DNA of 64,000 nt from Nitrososphaeraceae archaeon. Lineage in GTDB: Archaea > Thermoproteota > Nitrososphaeria > Nitrososphaerales > Nitrososphaeraceae. The position numbers were made by a program, and so were the translations under genes. Within the stretch, counting starts at the first letter, position 1. Every line of letters begins with the position of its first letter. The notes beneath the pieces were generated by a model. The model ran no database searches and was not told the origin of the DNA. It worked only from the letters and a program-made list of their open reading frames with translations. The stretch covers positions 1,266-65,265 of the forward strand of contig JAICHH010000001.1 of assembly GCA_025922715.1 (NCBI GenBank). Direction: 5' to 3'. Of the stretch, positions 61,827 through 64,000 are shown in pieces.

Positions 61827-62022
61827 TTCTATCCCGAGATTTTTAAATATGATACTTAATAAATAATATATATTCGTTTGAGGATAGAATAGTTACATCT
61901 ATAATTCGATATCATTTATGAACTTCATTTTTCTTGCTATGTATATCATTGGACTATCAAAAAGCTTTGTATGATATATTCTCATAATACTTTTATAAGG
62001 TTTGCATATATTTTAAATTGAG

Positions 62023-62238
62023 TTGGTCAAATTTTGTCCTGAATGTGGTGGAGATTTAAAAATGGATTCATCTACAAGAAATTTTATTTGTAAAAGTTGT
62101 GGTCTCTATGCTTCAAGAGACAAAATTGAGGAATTAAAAGACAAATCACAAATTAGTTCTTCTGAATCTAAACAAAGAACTCATGATGATTATTTAGATT
62201 GGTGGCAATCCTCAAAAAAAGAAAAACAAAGAAATTAG
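62023..62238 (+). CDS. small zinc-ribbon protein
   Basis: CPECGG...CKSCG, C-terminal YLDWW. Confidence 0.8.
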   Translation: MVKFCPECGGDLKMDSSTRNFICKSCGLYASRDKIEELKDKSQISSSESKQRTHDDYLDWWQSSKKEKQRN

Positions 62239-62241
62239 TTT

Positions 62242-62748
62242 TTAATATTTAAAGAATTCTTCAGTTTTTTCACTCATTTCTTTTTGTAATGAGATCATCT
62301 GTTCTTCTTTTCTCGTTCTTAATACTGTCATTAACTCTATTTCCTTTACATAATTAATTGATAATATTTTATTTACAATTATATCTCTAAGGTTGTCCAA
62401 ATTTTTTGATCGAATTTTAATCAGCAAATCAAATTTGTCATAGATTTCATGTATTTCTAAAATTTCATCGATTTCCATAAGATTTTTTGTTGTTTCTTCT
62501 GTTCTTCCCCTTTCAATTTTTAAATTAATAAATGCTAGATGGTCATACCCAAGCAAATCATTATCTACAAAAATGGTAAATTTTTTTATAACTCCTAAGG
62601 TCAATAGTTTCTTGACCCTTGTATGAATAGTTGCATCGGAAATACCAATTTGTTTAGCTAATTCTACAAATGGTAAGGATGAATTTTTACTTAAAACATC
62701 CAAAATCCTACAATTGATATAATCTAATAAATTTGGTTTAATATTCAT
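62242..62748 (-). CDS. Lrp/AsnC family regulator
   Basis: ELAKQIGISDATIHTRVKKL..GVIKKF and RAM domain. Confidence 0.9.
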   Translation of the reverse strand: MNIKPNLLDYINCRILDVLSKNSSLPFVELAKQIGISDATIHTRVKKLLTLGVIKKFTIFVDNDLLGYDHLAFINLKIERGRTEETTKNLMEIDEILEIHEIYDKFDLLIKIRSKNLDNLRDIIVNKILSINYVKEIELMTVLRTRKEEQMISLQKEMSEKTEEFFKY

Positions 62749-62928
62749 AATTCTTCAGATATATATTACTAAAATATATTAATACTGGTTTAATCCATGT
62801 TTAAAGATAACAATAATCTATATGCACTCATATGGTAAATAAATCATACAAGCATTGATAAACAATAATTTTTTCAAAGTCTAGTTTAAATTAAATACCT
62901 AACAAATACTAAAAACTTTGTCATATAA

Positions 62929-63864
62929 ATGCAACATTCACTATGTTCAAAATGTCAAAAGATGGAGAGTGTATATTTTAGACAATATTCAGGTGAATAT
63001 CTTTGTAGATCTTGTTTTATAATTTCAATTGAAGAAAAAACCTCTAGAACTATTTCAAAATTTTCAATGATTAACTATGAAGATAAAATTGCAATCGGTG
63101 TTTCAGGTGGCAAAGACAGTCTTTCCTTACTATTAGTTTTGAATCATATATTTGAAAGAAAGAAAACTAATGATATTATTGCAATTACAATAGATGAAGG
63201 AATTACTGGATATAGAAATGAATCTTTAAGAATAGTTAAAGACTTTTGTTCTAAACTAGGTATCAAAAATGAAACCTTTAGTTATAAAGAACTTTTTGGA
63301 ATTGATATGGATGAATCTATGTTGTTACGCCCTTCAGAAAAAATGACTTCCTGCTCTATATGTGGAACATTTAGGCGAAGAGCTATAGATGTAGCTGCAG
63401 ATTTTGTGGGAGCAAATGTTATAGCAACAGGACATAATCTTGATGATCACCTTCAATCTTTTATGATAAATATTATAGCAGGAGATGTAAATAGAATAGG
63501 ATGGATATATCCAGAACCAGTTTATTATGGTAAAAATCAAATAAAAAAAATTAAACCATTCATAGAAATTTATGAACGAGAAATAGTTTTTTATGCACTT
63601 CAACAAAATATTCCATTTCAATCAGAGCAATGTCCATATCAAGATGAAAGTATTAGGAGTGAGATAAGGGAATTCTTTAATTCTTTAGAGGAAACCCGAT
63701 CGGGTGTTAAATATAATACCTATAATTCACTTTTGAAAATATCCAAAATATTAAAAAAATATGATAGTTCAGTGAAAAATAAATGTACAGTATGTGGACT
63801 TGATTCTACTAGATCTGTTTGTTCAGTTTGTAAAAATATCCAAATTTTAAAAAATGACTTATAA
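62929..63864 (+). CDS. tRNA 2-thiolation protein (TtuA/Ncs6 family)
   Basis: N- and C-terminal Zn fingers, PP-loop SGGKDS, CSICG, TGHNLDD, CPY. Confidence 0.92.
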   Translation: MQHSLCSKCQKMESVYFRQYSGEYLCRSCFIISIEEKTSRTISKFSMINYEDKIAIGVSGGKDSLSLLLVLNHIFERKKTNDIIAITIDEGITGYRNESLRIVKDFCSKLGIKNETFSYKELFGIDMDESMLLRPSEKMTSCSICGTFRRRAIDVAADFVGANVIATGHNLDDHLQSFMINIIAGDVNRIGWIYPEPVYYGKNQIKKIKPFIEIYEREIVFYALQQNIPFQSEQCPYQDESIRSEIREFFNSLEETRSGVKYNTYNSLLKISKILKKYDSSVKNKCTVCGLDSTRSVCSVCKNIQILKNDL

Positions 63865-63895
63865 ACAAATATAACTTAACTTAGTCAAATAAAGA

Positions 63896-64000
63896 CTGCG
63901 GAGGCAGGGAGGATCAGGGTGCTAGCCGTACCCTTCTCTGGAAATCGGCTTTATGCCAGGATCAGTAACTATTAGATAAATCCTTGGATAGGAATTTCCT
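63896..64000 (+). ncRNA. ffs: SRP (7S) RNA, 5' Alu domain, truncated by window end
   Basis: GATC-closed pair of hairpins GGGTGC/GTACCC (63917-63933) and CTGG/CCAG (63938-63959); loop AAATCGGCTTTATG resembles the archaeal helix-4 loop and is complementary to AGCCG in hairpin 1. Confidence 0.7.

Noticed and set aside
63896-63915. tRNA-Leu-like 3' end on the minus strand (CCCTGCCTCCGCA), or a TPP riboswitch
   Set aside because: No TTCGA T-loop and no CTGAGA motif; the SRP Alu fold explains the sequence better
1-64000. CRISPR arrays, tRNA genes, intact transposases or integrases, inteins
   Set aside because: No regularly spaced repeats, cloverleafs, DDE/tyrosine-recombinase motifs or unexplained large insertions were seen

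Overview
AT-rich archaeal chromosome segment. The gene content points to an ammonia-oxidising archaeon (Nitrososphaerota, probably a Nitrososphaeraceae-type soil lineage): TBP, aEF-2, aEF-1A, eL/uS ribosomal proteins, GINS, archaeal DnaG, an ADP-forming 3-hydroxypropionyl-CoA synthetase, a transketolase-N/RPE fusion, MpgS and a stand-alone 5S rRNA. Most of the window is housekeeping (translation, tRNA modification, N assimilation with GlnA and GDH, non-oxidative pentose phosphate pathway, cofactor synthesis). Features absent from the ORF track that I read directly: rpl39e, two Cys-rich micro-proteins, 5S rRNA, the 5' Alu domain of SRP RNA at the right edge, a frameshifted gene at 10.5-10.7 kb, and a decayed 1.2-kb island (11.7-12.9 kb) bounded by 15-bp inverted repeats and containing an AbrB-type pseudogene. 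Best candidates for undescribed systems: (i) a four-gene operon of two different AAA+ ATPase/vWA pairs with no client enzyme (41.1-46.6 kb); (ii) an HD/class-I-PDE-like domain fused to a degenerate TrmB-like methyltransferase fold; (iii) an HTH regulator with an unusual C-terminal domain divergent from glmS. No CRISPR array, tRNA or intact transposase was seen. All family calls come from motif recognition, not database searches.
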